Part shown: piece after piece, positions 52,476-64,000 of the stretch
Layout: every line of letters begins with the position of its first letter
How positions within the stretch are numbered: position 1 is the first letter of the stretch
Source of the DNA: Lytechinus pictus
Taxonomy: Eukaryota
Direction: 5' to 3'
Length of the DNA stretch: 64,000 nucleotides
Assembly (NCBI RefSeq): GCF_037042905.1
Contig: NC_087263.1
Coordinates: forward strand, 15,440,001-15,504,000
Program-made: the position numbers and the translations under genes
Notes under the pieces: model-generated
What the model saw: the letters and a program-made list of their open reading frames with translations, nothing else
Database searches by the model: none
What the model was told of the DNA's origin: nothing

Positions 52476-52850
52476 ATGAATTCGCTGCACTGGCTTCCTC
52501 TCAAAAATCGGATTATCTTTAAGATTTTGTTGCTTGCTTTTTTTAGTATTCTTGGATCAGCACCAAAATACAGTCTTTCATTTATCAATTACTACAGACC
52601 AAGTAGGTCTTTGCGCTCATCCACTTCTGGCTACCTTGTTATTCCAAAAGTTTCAAAAACTTGGGGGAAAAGATCATGTGCTTTTGCATGCCCCACTTTG
52701 TGGAATAGCCTTCCTGAAGACATAAAAAATGTACCGCTGTCGAGACTTTCAAAAATCTTCTAAAAACTCTTTTATTTAACTGTTAGCTCTTTATGCGCCG
52801 TGAGCACTCTACAGAGTGGATTTGGTGCTTTTTAAGTCACATTATTATTA
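52476..52850 (+). mobile_element. L2-type LINE 3' fragment
   Basis: LHWLPLKNRIIFKILL...LRSS...PTLWNSLP matches the C-terminus of the long LINE ORF in this window; ends in (TTA)n. Confidence 0.85.
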
Positions 52851-55800
52851 TTATTATAATTATAACTCGTGGGATCCATGATTCTTGTCAAGGAGTAGAA
52901 AACTATCCATTATTCTGTATTGGGGCGTGAAGCCCATGCCTCTGACCTTTAGCCCTAAATATATAGGTCTCAGAAACCAGGAAAGGCTAACAAGAACAAT
53001 TGGAAATGAACACATGATAGTTAGCATAGCTGTTGCACCAGTTCTTGTAGAAAATAAAAATGGGATGATAACATAAAACGTTAACTCTTATTTTATGCGA
53101 CAGACAATATTGATTGATTATCCTACCGTTTGCAGTTAAAATTACAGCAATCGAATCGAACAGTGGCGTGGGAACTGTCTGAATCACCCAGTGTTTTTTG
53201 TTGAGCCCATATGAAGTTGGTATTGGGTACCGTAAACTTCCAACTCCATTTAAAAGACCAGTTCGTAGTGACTTTATGGACAATTTTGGTAAAATGAGCT
53301 CAAATGACCTTTCATTTCTTTCTGAAAGGCAGATTTCAAAGCAAGATATTACGTAAGCATGACTTACATAGCAGGATGAAGAAATTGAATAGACCAGGTG
53401 ACTAGAAAGCACACCAATGAACACTCTATTTGTGACATTTCTACTTTGAATGTATATTATAGCATATTGTATAATCAAGAAGATTCTATGTCTGGAGTTC
53501 CAACAGGCAACAAATTTATTCAAGTAGCTGTTCATTTCTAAAGATGCACAAAAGAAAGATCGGCAATAAGGACCTTTTGATGTGCGCCTTCGAAGCCGCC
53601 AGTTTCAATGAAGAAATCCGAGGGGTGAAATTTTATGAATATTCATTTGTATAAATTTTTCATGTTTCATATTAATAAACAAACTTAAGTTTGAATGCAT
53701 GACAAAACATCAATCACCAAGCACTATTACGACGAGATATTTGCCCATATTATATCAATTAACCTTTAATTAGCGAAAATAGAAAGAATTTGACCTTTAC
53801 TGAAACCAGATTTTAACACTTTTCCGATCGTTTGCGGCGAAAATGTGGTCGGTGGAATATTGTTATTCATTACTGTATATGCCAGATGAGTGCCCGCACA
53901 TGTCCAGTCGAGCAATTTGAGTCATATTTCAGGACATATTGCATAGTTTATTTTCGCATGCCTCCGAATTATGTACTACACATATAACCAGACCAAGATG
54001 CGGCGAAAAAGTAATTATCATCACAAAAGCATATTTCCCTTTATGTATGACCTATATATAGCTGCGGAGTCATGCGGGAATCATTTGTCTACACAATTGC
54101 AAGAGATGTTGAGCAAAGTGCATGCCTGACATACTTTTTGCTGGCGGTTCTTAACCTTGTTCAAAGTGATTTTATTTGCTGTTACTCCATCTCATTTGAA
54201 ACCTCCTTGGTATAATGTACTTGGCAAACTGTGAAATACCAGTCATTCGTGGACGCATTGTTGTTTTTTGTGGATGTAAATGAAAAACACAATTCAAAAG
54301 AATATAATCAAAACATCATCGTTGGTGCTTATCTCATTAAATTTTAAACCACCATGTCACTTTAGTACCAATGACCTTCCTCTGATCATGCGCAGAGTGG
54401 AACTACGAACTGGATTATTGGAAAAACTATCAAACACTAAACAATTTGTCAGATTTCATATATAACAGTTCACTTAATTGCTGTAACGTGTTCTTGAATA
54501 TGATGTTACAATAAATGTAATTAATTTAGATAGGCCTGCTTAAGATTGATTGATTGATTGATTGATTGAATTTATTCTTCTTCATTTCAAACAAATTGAC
54601 AAAGTAAGTAGGAACAAATCAGAACATGATTAACAGAACTGAAAACGACAACATTTCTATAAATTAAACGTATATCAATAACATCATGTTGATATTCTAT
54701 ATAAGAGTATTCGTTTAGTTATTCGTAGATCAAAAGTTAGATGACTGTTATTCAAAGTGCTTACGTAAGAGAGATTTGGATCTGATATAGATGACCGAGT
54801 TCGGTTCTGAAAAAGAAACGCAGCAGCACAATGCATCATCCCATGGACCTATGAAGAGATGGACATTCATCGCTTAGATAATGAATTCACCAACAGGTGA
54901 CTGTAATTGTCATCTGAATAACATTCTCTTCATACTACTTTTCTTTGGTCGTATGATCGTCACCGTGAGAAGGGACTGAAGCAGTTAGTGATTGGAAATT
55001 TATATTTCACAAATTATATGCGCAATAGATAACAAATCACTTAAATCATGGGAAATCGATGTGCAGTTCTTGTTAACCTTTGGTAATCTTAGTTCCATGT
55101 GTTTTATTTGGGGGAAATGTCTGCATATTTTAATAAACATTGTAGAGGCAATATTGTGATTGATTGTTTACCATTTAACAGTTTAAAATTTAATTTTCCG
55201 AAGTTTCTCCATAATATTCCAGATATACGTGGCACATAACACGTATAGATCGTGTATCTCTCAATGTTATTGAGGTCCTTATGTGTGAGCGGTAGTTAGC
55301 GGATCGAATAATATCATATTTTATATCATGAAAATCGTCTGCTTCTCAGGTTTGCTGCTCCATATATGAAGCATGTTGACTGAAGGGCACATGCTGAAAC
55401 AGGGTATCAGCCAACAAAAATCAAGACCGGGAAACTGTTCCGTCTTTGAGTGATCAGATACCCTTGGTAGTCATGGTAATTGCTATTGTTACAACACCTG
55501 TGTGTTCTCATCAGGTGACGGTGACTATCATTGGATCAAAGAAATGCTCGCGTTAATCGTCCAGCTTTTCATAGGTCCATGGTTTGTCCAATGATCCCGT
55601 ACTTAGCGCAAACGCTTGGATGTATCATCAGAGTTAGAGAAAATCGGACGTCCAATTTTGGACTTTCATTGAATATTATTTGAGGGCATTAGTATGAACA
55701 ATCTAGTTTAGACATGAAGAATAAAAATGACATTTTACACGAGCCATGGCTAGCAATATGCTTCCAGTTTTGAAAATGAGTTATCCTGAAATGACTTATG

Positions 55801-56222
55801 AAAAATCTTGCAATTGCAGAAAATATCTTGAAGTTATTCGAATGGGATACGATAATACTTTCTGTGCATTTTGATTAATCGATTATTAGGGATGTTAATG
55901 TCATGAATTATTGAATTATGCATCTACTCACTGCATCAAAATTACAAATTCTACCGTCTAACATAATTTTTGTGAACAACCGGAGAGAGAGAACACAAAA
56001 TGTAAATGCATTGATCTTACTGATTGAGAAAATATTAAAATTATTGTGCGCGTTTTGGACATCCTGATATTTATCTACGGAATTTTTTTAGATAACTTTA
56101 AAAATCCTGGATATTTGTATATTGCAGGAATTTTCCTTCAAAACCTCAAAATCTCCTGAAAATCAAAAGTTGAACCACGGGGCTTGCCTGTAATGCCTGC
56201 AGGGATTGAATGAAGCTATGTG

Positions 56223-56463
56223 CACTGCAAAAACTCCGGTGTTGATTTAACACCAGCCTGGTATCTATATTGGGCTACACCAGAGAGGCGTTGAAACGAC
56301 ACCGGTTTGGTGTTAGGCTAACACCAATTTGGCATTTAAGCAACACCAATTAGTGGTAAACAAATATCGGTTTGATTATTAACTGGTGTTGTTTCAGTAC
56401 TTCTCTGGTGTGGCCATATATAGATTCCGGGCTGGTGTTAAATCAACACCGTTTTTGCAGTGT
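56223..56463. mobile_element. CACTG-terminated MITE (EnSpm/CACTA-like)
   Basis: CACTGCAAAAAC...GGTGTT inverted at both ends. Copies at 47101-47301 and 56545-56654 (partial); a different family with similar ends lies at about 60810-61064. Confidence 0.75.
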
Positions 56464-57230
56464 AAGCAATACAATATGGTCGTGAACGGCCATAAAAATT
56501 CCATGAATTAAACCCATATCATAAAGCTATACTATGCGAAACAAAAACACCGGTGTTGATTTAACACCAAACCGGTGTCGTTTCAACACCTCTCTGGTGT
56601 GGCCCGATATAGATACCAAGCTGGTGTTAAATCAACACCGGCGTTTTTGCAGTGTATAAGAGTATTCGTTTAGTTATTCGTAGATCAAACCTAGATGACT
56701 GTTATTCAAAGTGCTTATTTCAAGCAGTAAGAAAATGCAAACAATTGTTAATGTGTTTATTACATTTTCTATTCATATTTTATGTTATTCTTATCATTAT
56801 CTTTTTTGCTATATATTCTTATTATTTTATTAATTTGTTTATTACACATCATTTTTAATTCGTATTTCATTTCATTATTCAAATATTTATTTCATTTCTA
56901 TTTTCATTCATTCATTAATTATTTCTTCTTCTTCTTCTTCTTTGTAGTCTGCTTCCTTCAATCCTGAAGATTCTTGCAGAACTTGGTAAAGTGTGTGTCA
57001 CAAGGGTAAAGTGCATGTGCCAAATATATACTTATTTATCTCTATCCTTATGTAATTTATGTATTTATTTATTCATTAATTCATTTTTTTATTTGTTTTA
57101 TTTCTTCCCCCCTTTTTTTTTTTTTGGGGGGGGGGGTATTTACTATGAATAATGGTAATTCATGATGATGAAATCTAACATTCCGTAGACTCTCATCTTC
57201 GAAATACCTTCCCCAATTTTGTATATTTCC

Positions 57231-59785
57231 ATAATAATAATAATAATAATAACTAGCATTTAGTACGCTCTCCATAGTTAACTATATCACAGCGTTTACA
57301 AACGATTTAAAACAAAAGTACATAATAATTACAATACAAATACACGCAAAATGAATTAATCGGAAAAGAGGTATGTTTTTAGAAGTTTCTTAAATTGATC
57401 TGGAGAGTTTGATGATTTAATGAAAGTGGGGATGTTGTTCCATTCTTTAGAAGCAGTAACACTAAATGTGCGATCACCTGTTTTTGTACGAGTTTTTGGT
57501 ATGGCAAGTAAATATGGGTCTTTAGATGAACGGAGATTAGGGCGAGTTGGTCTATGGGAAGCAAGGCTATCTTTGATATATTTTGGCATCTGGTTATTAA
57601 AGGCTTTGAAGACAAAAAGAAGTAATTTAAAGACAATTCTCTTCTTTACAGGGAGCCAATGAAGAGATTTAAGTAAAGGGCCAGGATCATGACGTCGGTC
57701 CACCTTAAAGATAATACGGGCTGCCCAGTTTTGTAAACTTTGTAGGCGCTTCAAATACACTTGGGGAACAGATGTTAATATGCTGTTACAGTAATCTAAT
57801 CTGGACAAAATATGACAACGAACAGCACTGTGGCAGGTTTCTTCAGTTATGTACTTTCTTATCTGCGATATGTTTCTTAGATGGAATCTGACAGATTTAC
57901 ATAATTGATTAACTTGTTCTAACATATTCATATTACAATCAAAGTAAGCACCAAGGTTTCTAACAGATTTGGATGATACAATAGTAGTAGAACCAATACC
58001 AAGGCTAACATCACTTAGGGAACGAAGGTTATGACTTGAACCTATGACAAGAAATTCAGTCTTTCCTTCATTGAGTTTAAGTCTGTTAAGAGTCATCCAA
58101 CTACAGATGTCTGTGACACAAGCACAAAGAGTCTTCTTCGCTTCATCTACACTGCAAACCTTAGGATCAAACGTTACATAAAGCTGTATGTCATCAGCAT
58201 AAGTATGGTAGAAGACATTATGATGGCGAGCGATGTCTCCTACAGGTAAGGTGTAGATACAGTAGCCGATCGGCCCAAATACAGACCCCTGCGGCAAGCC
58301 TATAGAACTCGCACTACACTTAGATGACTTCCCACCTATTTCTACTTTGGTAGTCCAGTCTGCAAGGTAGGATTTGAACCACTTGAGTGCAATACCGTTG
58401 ACTCCTAACCTGTTTGACATACGAGATATCAAAATTTGCCTGTCGATGGTATCGAATGCTGCTGATAGATCAAGTGACAACAAAAGTGCCACATGACCTT
58501 TATCTAAGGCAAACATTATATCATTTTTCACCTTCACTAGAGCTGTTTCCGTACTGTGGTGTGGTCTGTATGCCGATTGGTGTTGCTCAAACAGGTCATT
58601 ATCAGCCATGTGATCCATAAGTCTTCGACATACAACCTTTTCAATGATCTTTCCAATAAAACTCAAATTGGACACAGGTCTATAATTGGAAAGACAGTTC
58701 CTGTCGAGTGATGGCTTTTTAAGAAGTGGTCGTATAACTGCAGTTCTCGCTGCCGCTGGAAAGTTTCCTGATGAGAGCGAGGAGTTGACTATCTTGGTTA
58801 TGATGGGAAGAAGATCTTGGATGTTTTCCTTCAAGAACCATGTAGGAATGGGATCCAGGCTGCATGACTTACTTGCAGAACCCTTGATGATTTTCAATAT
58901 CTCATCTTCAGTTGTCAGATCAAAACAGACCATAGGAGATGATGAAAACGGTCTAGATTCAATCGAGGTCCCGGAACATGAAGTGATATCCCCAAGACTT
59001 TCATGAATCTTTTCAATCTTGTTGGTAAAGAATGTAGAAAACTGGTTACACAAGGTCTCCGCACAGTCATGGAAGGGAAGACACATATTCTTTCTGTTCA
59101 GTAAATAGTCCAATGTCCTGTAGACTTCCTTGGTATCAGAAGAAGAAAGTGCATGTTGAAAGAAGGACATCTTTGTCCTGCAGATCAGATTTGATGTTTC
59201 ACGCTTTGCAATTAGATAGCTATCATGATCTATTGCAGACTTGCTTTTCTGCCACTTCCTTTCAGCTCTGCGCCTTTTCCGTCGAGAAAGATGGATCTCC
59301 TCGGTGTACCAAGGCATTCTTCTACGTACCGCACAGGTCCTTTCTGTCGATGGAGCCAAGGAATCAATAAGACCACGCAGCGTATCATTGTACCAGTCAA
59401 AACTATGATCAGTATCCTTATGTTGTGAAAACTTCTGAGTCATCGTTTGAAGGGAATCTCTGAATCTGTCCCTATCAATTGCTTTATAATTACGAGAGGT
59501 TCTTGTGATCATCTCTTGCTGACTGACAGGGATTGTCAGCTCCAACCTCACTACAGAATGGTCAGACATCAGCATATCTTGCACGCTGCATCTCTTGATT
59601 ATTGACTCAGATTCTCTGGTGAAAACAAGATCCAGTGTGTGTCCCCGCGAATGGGTTGGACCAGTAACATGCTGATGTAAGCCGGCCGCTGATATAGCCT
59701 GGAGAAAACCATTCACATCTGTCTTAGTAGGATTGTCTATGTGGAAGTTGAAATCTCCAAGCAAAATTAGTTTGCCTGGGATTAC
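57231..59785 (-). mobile_element. 5'-truncated L2/CR1-clade LINE (ORF2: C-terminal part of APE endonuclease plus reverse transcriptase)
   Basis: ORF 57356-59848 contains LGDFNFH, PTH..GHTLDLVF and SDH (endonuclease), then NYRPVSNL, LDLSAAFDT, GLPQGS, YADD and LHWLP (RT). It is followed by a short 3' UTR and a (TTA)n tail at about 57231-57252. Confidence 0.95.
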
Positions 59786-61499
59786 ATACATATTAGTCAA
59801 AAATATTAGATAACAATTTACTAAGTTCACTTTCAAGTTCAAGAACACGAATTCTGTTTATCGTTCAACTCCCAATTTCAAGGCCCTGATGGTGAGAATA
59901 TTATATTATCACCCCCACCTTCAAAAAGTATTTCTTGTACCAATCGGTGCTTGTTACATTGCGTATTTATTAAGATACACATGTTGTAGAAAATCAGAGA
60001 ATAGGGGGCCGGTTGCACGGAGCTCCGATTTTTGTTACCAATAAATCAAACGTAAGTCTCTCATACGCGTATTTCATTGGTTGAAAATCAATTAACGTTT
60101 GATTTTTGGAGATACCTGTGATCGCATCTCTTTGTGCAACGGGGCACTGGACAGACACGGACTACGTTTGTCGAAATGCAACAAATAGAATTGATTTTAT
60201 TTCACCGATTAAACTAGGATTTTCTTTCCGAAGGTTAATATTCCTACCCCAGCTGTTCGCTAAAACACATCGATTTCACACCATCATTCGGTCTGCTTTA
60301 AGCAAAACAGACGCTATCGAATTGAATTGAATCATGGCAAATATCACTGACATGCATCCATAGCGATAATACCAAGATTGAAATCGAGGTCAATCCAAAC
60401 TGAATAATCACCGTTTATTCATTTTCATCGATAATTCGAATGAATAATTATCGAGAAATATGCAATCAAACATAACATTACATAAAATTATTTATGATAG
60501 CCCTTATATACACGATCCTTTATAATGGGGTTAATCATTATTTTTGTGCAAAGAATAGTGGAGTTTTTGTTATACAGAGGTTTTACAGTTGTCCTACAGA
60601 CTTTCTGTATCATCAGAAAAGGCCTTAGTGTTGTTGTACAAAGTGTTATTGTTGTTTTACAATGACAATAGTGAGTTGTTGTTCTATAGATAGTAATTGT
60701 TCATAAATCACAGTGATCATTTACAATATCATATCTAAAGGCAAACTCCAAATGTTGTTATTCAAAGTGTAATCTTCGTTATACAGAGGTTAAATTTCGT
60801 TGTACACTCCACTCTATAAAAATACTATTGGGTAAAATGCTCCATGAGGGTAATTATGTGTCCAACCAACATTGGGCATTTCTTTGGGGCATTTTAATTT
60901 ATCCAGTGTGATGAACATTTCGCCCATTCTAAAGTAATTGCTGCTTATTCTTTAACCTTACTGGACAATATGCTTCCCGCATTGGGTAAAATACTGCCCC
61001 AAATTGGTTGGACACACAATTACCCTCGTGCTGGTAAAAATTTTACCCAATATTGTTTGCAGTGTATACAGAGTGCACATGGTGGTGCAGTCATTGTTGG
61101 TAATTGTTGTATTGGGGTGTTCCCGTAGAAGCCATTTACAAAGTCATAAATGAAAAGTTTAGCTGTTGTTATAAAGAAGTTCATTGTCATTATACAGAAA
61201 GTATATACGCAAGCATTTCTGTATAGAGATCACCATCTACAAAATCTTCTATAGCATAATTGTTGTTTTACAGAGGGAAAATGCTGTAGATCAATATACA
61301 CATTTTCAGTTATAAGCGTAAGAATCGCCTTGTTCAGATTGCAATACTTATTTTTGTGATATTATATTAAACATGAAATATAATACAAAACTATAATATG
61401 TATACTATGTGAAAGCCATAGTATAGGATTGTCTTCGGTTATACTTTTGTTTGGCTCTAACGCTACCTTGTTTTTATGGATAAACTGATGTTGTCTGAG

Positions 61500-61717
61500 C
61501 TTGTAATGGTAATGGTGGTGATTTTTACCTGATTGCTAAGAAAGCATGAATGCTTGTAAGCAAGCAACCAGAGGACCGACGGCTTAAGGTCCTCTCCGAG
61601 GGACCTGGTAATGAGGATTAATGCCTTACCGAAGGGAACTAGCGCATCAAGTGGGAATCGAACCCGGGTCAACGGAATTCGAAACTCGTGCTCTACCGAC
61701 TGAGCTATCGCGCCTCC
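61500..61717 (-). mobile_element. tRNA-derived SINE
   Basis: Reverse strand reads GGAGGCGCGATAGCTCAGTCGGTAGAGC...GGTTCGATTCCC, followed by a non-tRNA body. Confidence 0.8.
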
Positions 61718-63801
61718 TTGTAATATCCTAAGTCGAATTCCTGGTTTACTATGTACATTACAATTTCTTTATTTTTATTAATTAATTTTTCATTTATTTA
61801 TTTATTCATTCGGGGGGGGGGGGGAGGGGTTGGGTAATTATTATTTATGCCCTAGTAATCATGCCCCCTGCATATGAAGTTGTGATTAACCTTTACAGAC
61901 AAGTATAAGTTGTTTTACAGAGCTTGATATTGAAATCCCACTTGATTAAGCATCGATCGTAAATTAAAGATAGTAATTTTTTTGTAAGCTAAAAAACAAC
62001 ATTTGTGCTCAAAAGTTAGTGAACCCTGCACAAAAATGCACTTGTTCATGCTGAGTGCTGAACGTAGACAACAACGGTACAATGTTCGGCGAGCCCAGAG
62101 GAACACAACTTTATTAATGTAATTGTTTATCACCTGACTTCACAATTAAATATCTCAAACCTGGCATATCTTGAACACTTTAATATGTTCATTTTCTGGT
62201 GTCGTTCACCTTCTAAAATAAGGTGAATGATCCACTCCTCGAAGGGAGTGAATAATATTTCACTTGATTAAGAGTGACTTTCACTTGTCTTTGAGTGAGG
62301 TTCACCCTTAAAATAATAGATTTGTGTGAAACATCCGTACGTTCACTCTAAATTTACTCCAAACTGAATGTTTCTTGATTTCAGTACCAAGGAAGATAAA
62401 AAGAGAGTAAACATTTTTTTTTCAAAGAAATATAAACTGTATTTATTTTTGATCGTTCAATGATATTGAATTGTAAAATAAATTATTCTATTGAATTAGA
62501 AAATAGCTACTCACCAATTCAGATGACACAGAAGACAAAGAAAGACGGGAAATTATCCTCCATAAATTAACAGGTACATGTGTAGGCTAATGTATATCAC
62601 GAGAAAAACAAATGAATATGATTGAAGGGTAAAAAGGGCGCGGATGATAACTCGTAAACGCGTTACTGCGCATGACCGTCAGTAGCGTGATCTGATTGGT
62701 GGGTTGTATTGATTTCTGGAGAAAGAAGGGAATAAAAAAAGAAAGAGTTAGAGAGAGAGAAAAGGAGAGGAGGGAAAGAGTTGGGGGGAGAGAAGATTGT
62801 AGAGAGTATAATAATATAAGTACTAGGCTAGGTACAAAATACTCGGATTTGTTTACAGGAAAATATAATTTCATAAATTATCCATAATTTCTGTTCGTAT
62901 TTATATTTTACAATGCTAAATGGATTTAGCAATGCTAAAAGTTTTTTTTTAAATGTAATTTCAGACACGATCTATCAATCCAAGTGTGCTTCTAAATCCA
63001 TTTGTTATAAGGACGTCATTATAAACTTCATTTTCAACGTTATTTCTATAAGACGTTAGTACGGACTACACTGATAATCCGTCGTGTTTATAAATTCACT
63101 TACGCGTCATCATCATCGTCGTCATCATCATCATCGTCATCATCATAATCATCCTCATCATCATTATCATCCTCCTCCTCCTCCTCATCATCATCAACTA
63201 CAACAACAACAATAACAACTGTGGAAAACAACTCTTCGCGCTTCGGGGTCGCTGAGCGATGTCAGAAGTTGACGCCCGTGACATATTCTGCCCAAATTTG
63301 GCAAAAGGAAGCTAGTGACACATCAGTCAAATTTGAGTTAATGTTGTTTCTGAAACACCCTTTGTATGTTGCACGTTCAGGCAAAATTTGAGGAAGAAAT
63401 TATTGTTCTATGGAAAGATATTGAAAAAAAAAGTTAAATTGCATTGATGCCTATAGATGTAAATGACGAACACACATTGCTCATTTACAACAAATGATAC
63501 TTTTGTAACTTGCTTCCTTTTGCCAAAGTACGGCAGTATTAGGATCGGTCCATGAATGATCCTACAAGGGTTCTATGGTATTTGCTCCGGCGACAATAAT
63601 GTTCCGCTGCAAATTCCACACATTAATGAAATGACCAACTTCAACCCTGGATCTAACACTCTACCCATCCAAACACACAACGTAAAACCCTATTGCAACC
63701 CTGACCCTATATCTTAGACGAAATAAAGCTCGGAGCAATTGTCGCCAGAGCAAATGTCGTGTCACCCCTAAAAGAAGCTTGACCTGCGGTCACGGCCTCC
63801 A

Positions 63802-63975
63802 GGTGGGTGTTTCATAAAGCTGTTCGTAAGTTAAGGGCGACTTTAAGAACGACTGGTGAACCCTTCTTATACGCGCTAAACAATCGCCAATTCAATAATA
63901 TTTACCACAAGAAAGGATCACCAGTCGTTCTTAAAGTCGCTCTTAACTTACGAACAGCTTTATGAAACACCCACC
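63802..63975. mobile_element. Palindromic MITE, intact copy
   Basis: TIR GGTGGGTGTTTCATAAAGCTGTTCGTAAGTTAAG. Other copies at 44029-44200, 10216-11007 (interrupted) and about 41063-41130 (partial). Confidence 0.85.
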
Positions 63976-64000
63976 CGTGTTGATCTTGGTCTCATAAATG

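Noticed and set aside
59786..59848. N-terminal ~20 codons of the 830-aa ORF as the true LINE start
   Set aside because: Appears to be AT-rich flank in frame by chance; the first half of the endonuclease is missing.
61640..61717. tRNA gene
   Set aside because: A and B boxes are present but the sequence runs into a SINE body with no clean acceptor stem or T-run terminator. The same applies to 19466, 17038 and 48317.

Overview
AT-rich, repeat-dense eukaryotic DNA; the repeat landscape suggests a marine invertebrate deuterostome, most likely a sea urchin (inference). Recognisable gene content: (1) the first coding exon of a spermidine/spermine N1-acetyltransferase (SAT1/SAT2-like GNAT) gene on the minus strand (ATG at 11756), whose later exons were not found in the window; (2) six minus-strand exons (42214-52269) of a disabled secreted/cell-surface gene (signal peptide, N-glycosylation-rich region, D/N-x-C-x-x-C repeats, IPT/TIG-like domain) carrying a frameshift and two exonic MITE insertions; (3) a young, 5'-truncated L2/CR1-clade LINE with about 810 uninterrupted codons. 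The rest is MITEs (TTAA-, TA-, 8-bp and 9-bp TSD types, often nested), tRNA-headed SINEs, LINE 3' fragments, tandem repeats and microsatellites. The most unusual observation is a ~175-bp SINE-like element at 24352-24525 whose head resembles the 7SL (SRP RNA) Alu domain, followed by a B box, a Deu/Nin-like core and a stem-loop/(AC)n tail. All calls were made by eye and coordinates of degraded repeats are approximate.
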